DNA of 64,000 nucleotides from Eubacteriales bacterium (GTDB lineage Bacteria; Bacillota; Clostridia; Oscillospirales; CAG-272): NCBI GenBank assembly GCA_045652135.1, contig JAZRTS010000031.1, positions 3,246 to 67,245 of the forward strand, read 5' to 3'. Shown piece by piece: positions 63,665 to 64,000 of this stretch (position 1 is its first letter; each line of letters starts with the position of its first letter). The notes under the pieces were generated by a model. It saw only the letters and a program-made list of their open reading frames with translations, ran no database searches and was not told where the DNA came from. The position numbers and the translations under genes were made by a program.

Positions 63665-64000
63665 GTTTGAGAATGGATTTGAGGCGGACGTGCATTGCAG
63701 CCCCTACGGCACCACGTTGAATGTAATGAACGAAAATGGGTTTGAAACGGACCGTGTAGTTCGTGGCGAGCCACGAACTACTTGGACGTCGGTCCCTACA
63801 ATACACCCCGAATAAAATGAACGAAGCAAGGGTGCCGCCACCATTTTCAACTTTCAATTTTATTTATGATACCCCGTTTGCGCCTCTATCGTACACGCAC
63901 GGTAGAGCTGTTCGGACAGAATCACGCGCATCAAGCGGTGAGGAAAGGTCATATCGGACACGGAAAGACGGAAATCACACGCAGATTTGACCTTGTCAGA
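63665..64000. repeat. Mosaic intergenic repeat, copy C (runs to the window edge).
   Basis: Box copies at 63702-63742 and 63795-63833 (ccctacaatacaccccgaataaaatgaacgaagcaaggg). 11-bp hairpin gtagttcgtgg/ccacgaactac (63756-63781) is nested in ggaccg/cggtcc. A further hairpin ctctatcg/cggtagag lies at about 63885-63910. No credible ORF. Confidence 0.7.

Overview
This 64-kb window looks like chromosome from an endospore-forming Firmicute, probably Clostridia or Oscillospiraceae-like (gpr, DUF4364- and DUF1934-type genes, Gram-positive RBS and promoter signals). All product calls come from motifs I could read by eye in the supplied translations. No database search was run. LEFT (1-17.4 kb) holds ordinary genes: gpr (cut by the window edge), a PLP-dependent D-cysteine desulfhydrase/ACC deaminase-family enzyme, an SDR, trkH-trkA, a HAD hydrolase, an orphan PTS EIIC-like permease, a MarR plus heterodimeric ABC exporter operon, a MarR/MATE divergent pair and a small three-gene operon. 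It also has a 76-aa secreted peptide with an NPxTG-type sorting signal. CENTRE (17.5-44.2 kb) is the interesting part. It is a 26.7-kb block of 19 consecutive minus-strand genes, bounded by a consensus sigma-A promoter (44170-44198) and a bidirectional terminator (17421-17461). The upstream half is a type VIIb-like secretion locus. It carries WXG100 proteins, an FtsK/SpoIIIE ATPase split into EccCa/EccCb-like halves, a membrane-anchored Hanks-type pseudokinase in the EssB position, a cytosolic vWA protein, and a glycine-zipper putative effector. I could not recognise EsaA, EssA or a stand-alone EsaB. The downstream half (17480-29851) has its own candidate promoter. It encodes a four-gene module: a surface vWA/Ig-like type I membrane protein, a 1192-aa FtsZ/tubulin-superfamily GTPase, a 665-aa two-TM protein, and a 1395-aa six-TM protein ending in a zinc ribbon plus an HExxH...E metallopeptidase-like domain. 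I regard this module, and its coupling to the T7SS genes, as the best candidate for an undescribed system. RIGHT (44.3-64 kb) holds a zinc-ribbon protein, an ECF-like sigma factor, sporulation-associated small proteins, a large cytoplasmic glycoside-hydrolase-like protein, a Cthe_2159-type lipoprotein, a GT8-like transferase, an M19 dipeptidase, two tandem paralogous ~1000-aa lipoproteins and murA. A dispersed mosaic repeat family (a conserved ~40-nt box alternating with variable GC-rich hairpins, BIME-like) occurs at four or more intergenic sites, including directly downstream of esxA. I saw no rRNA, tRNA, CRISPR array, integrase or transposase.
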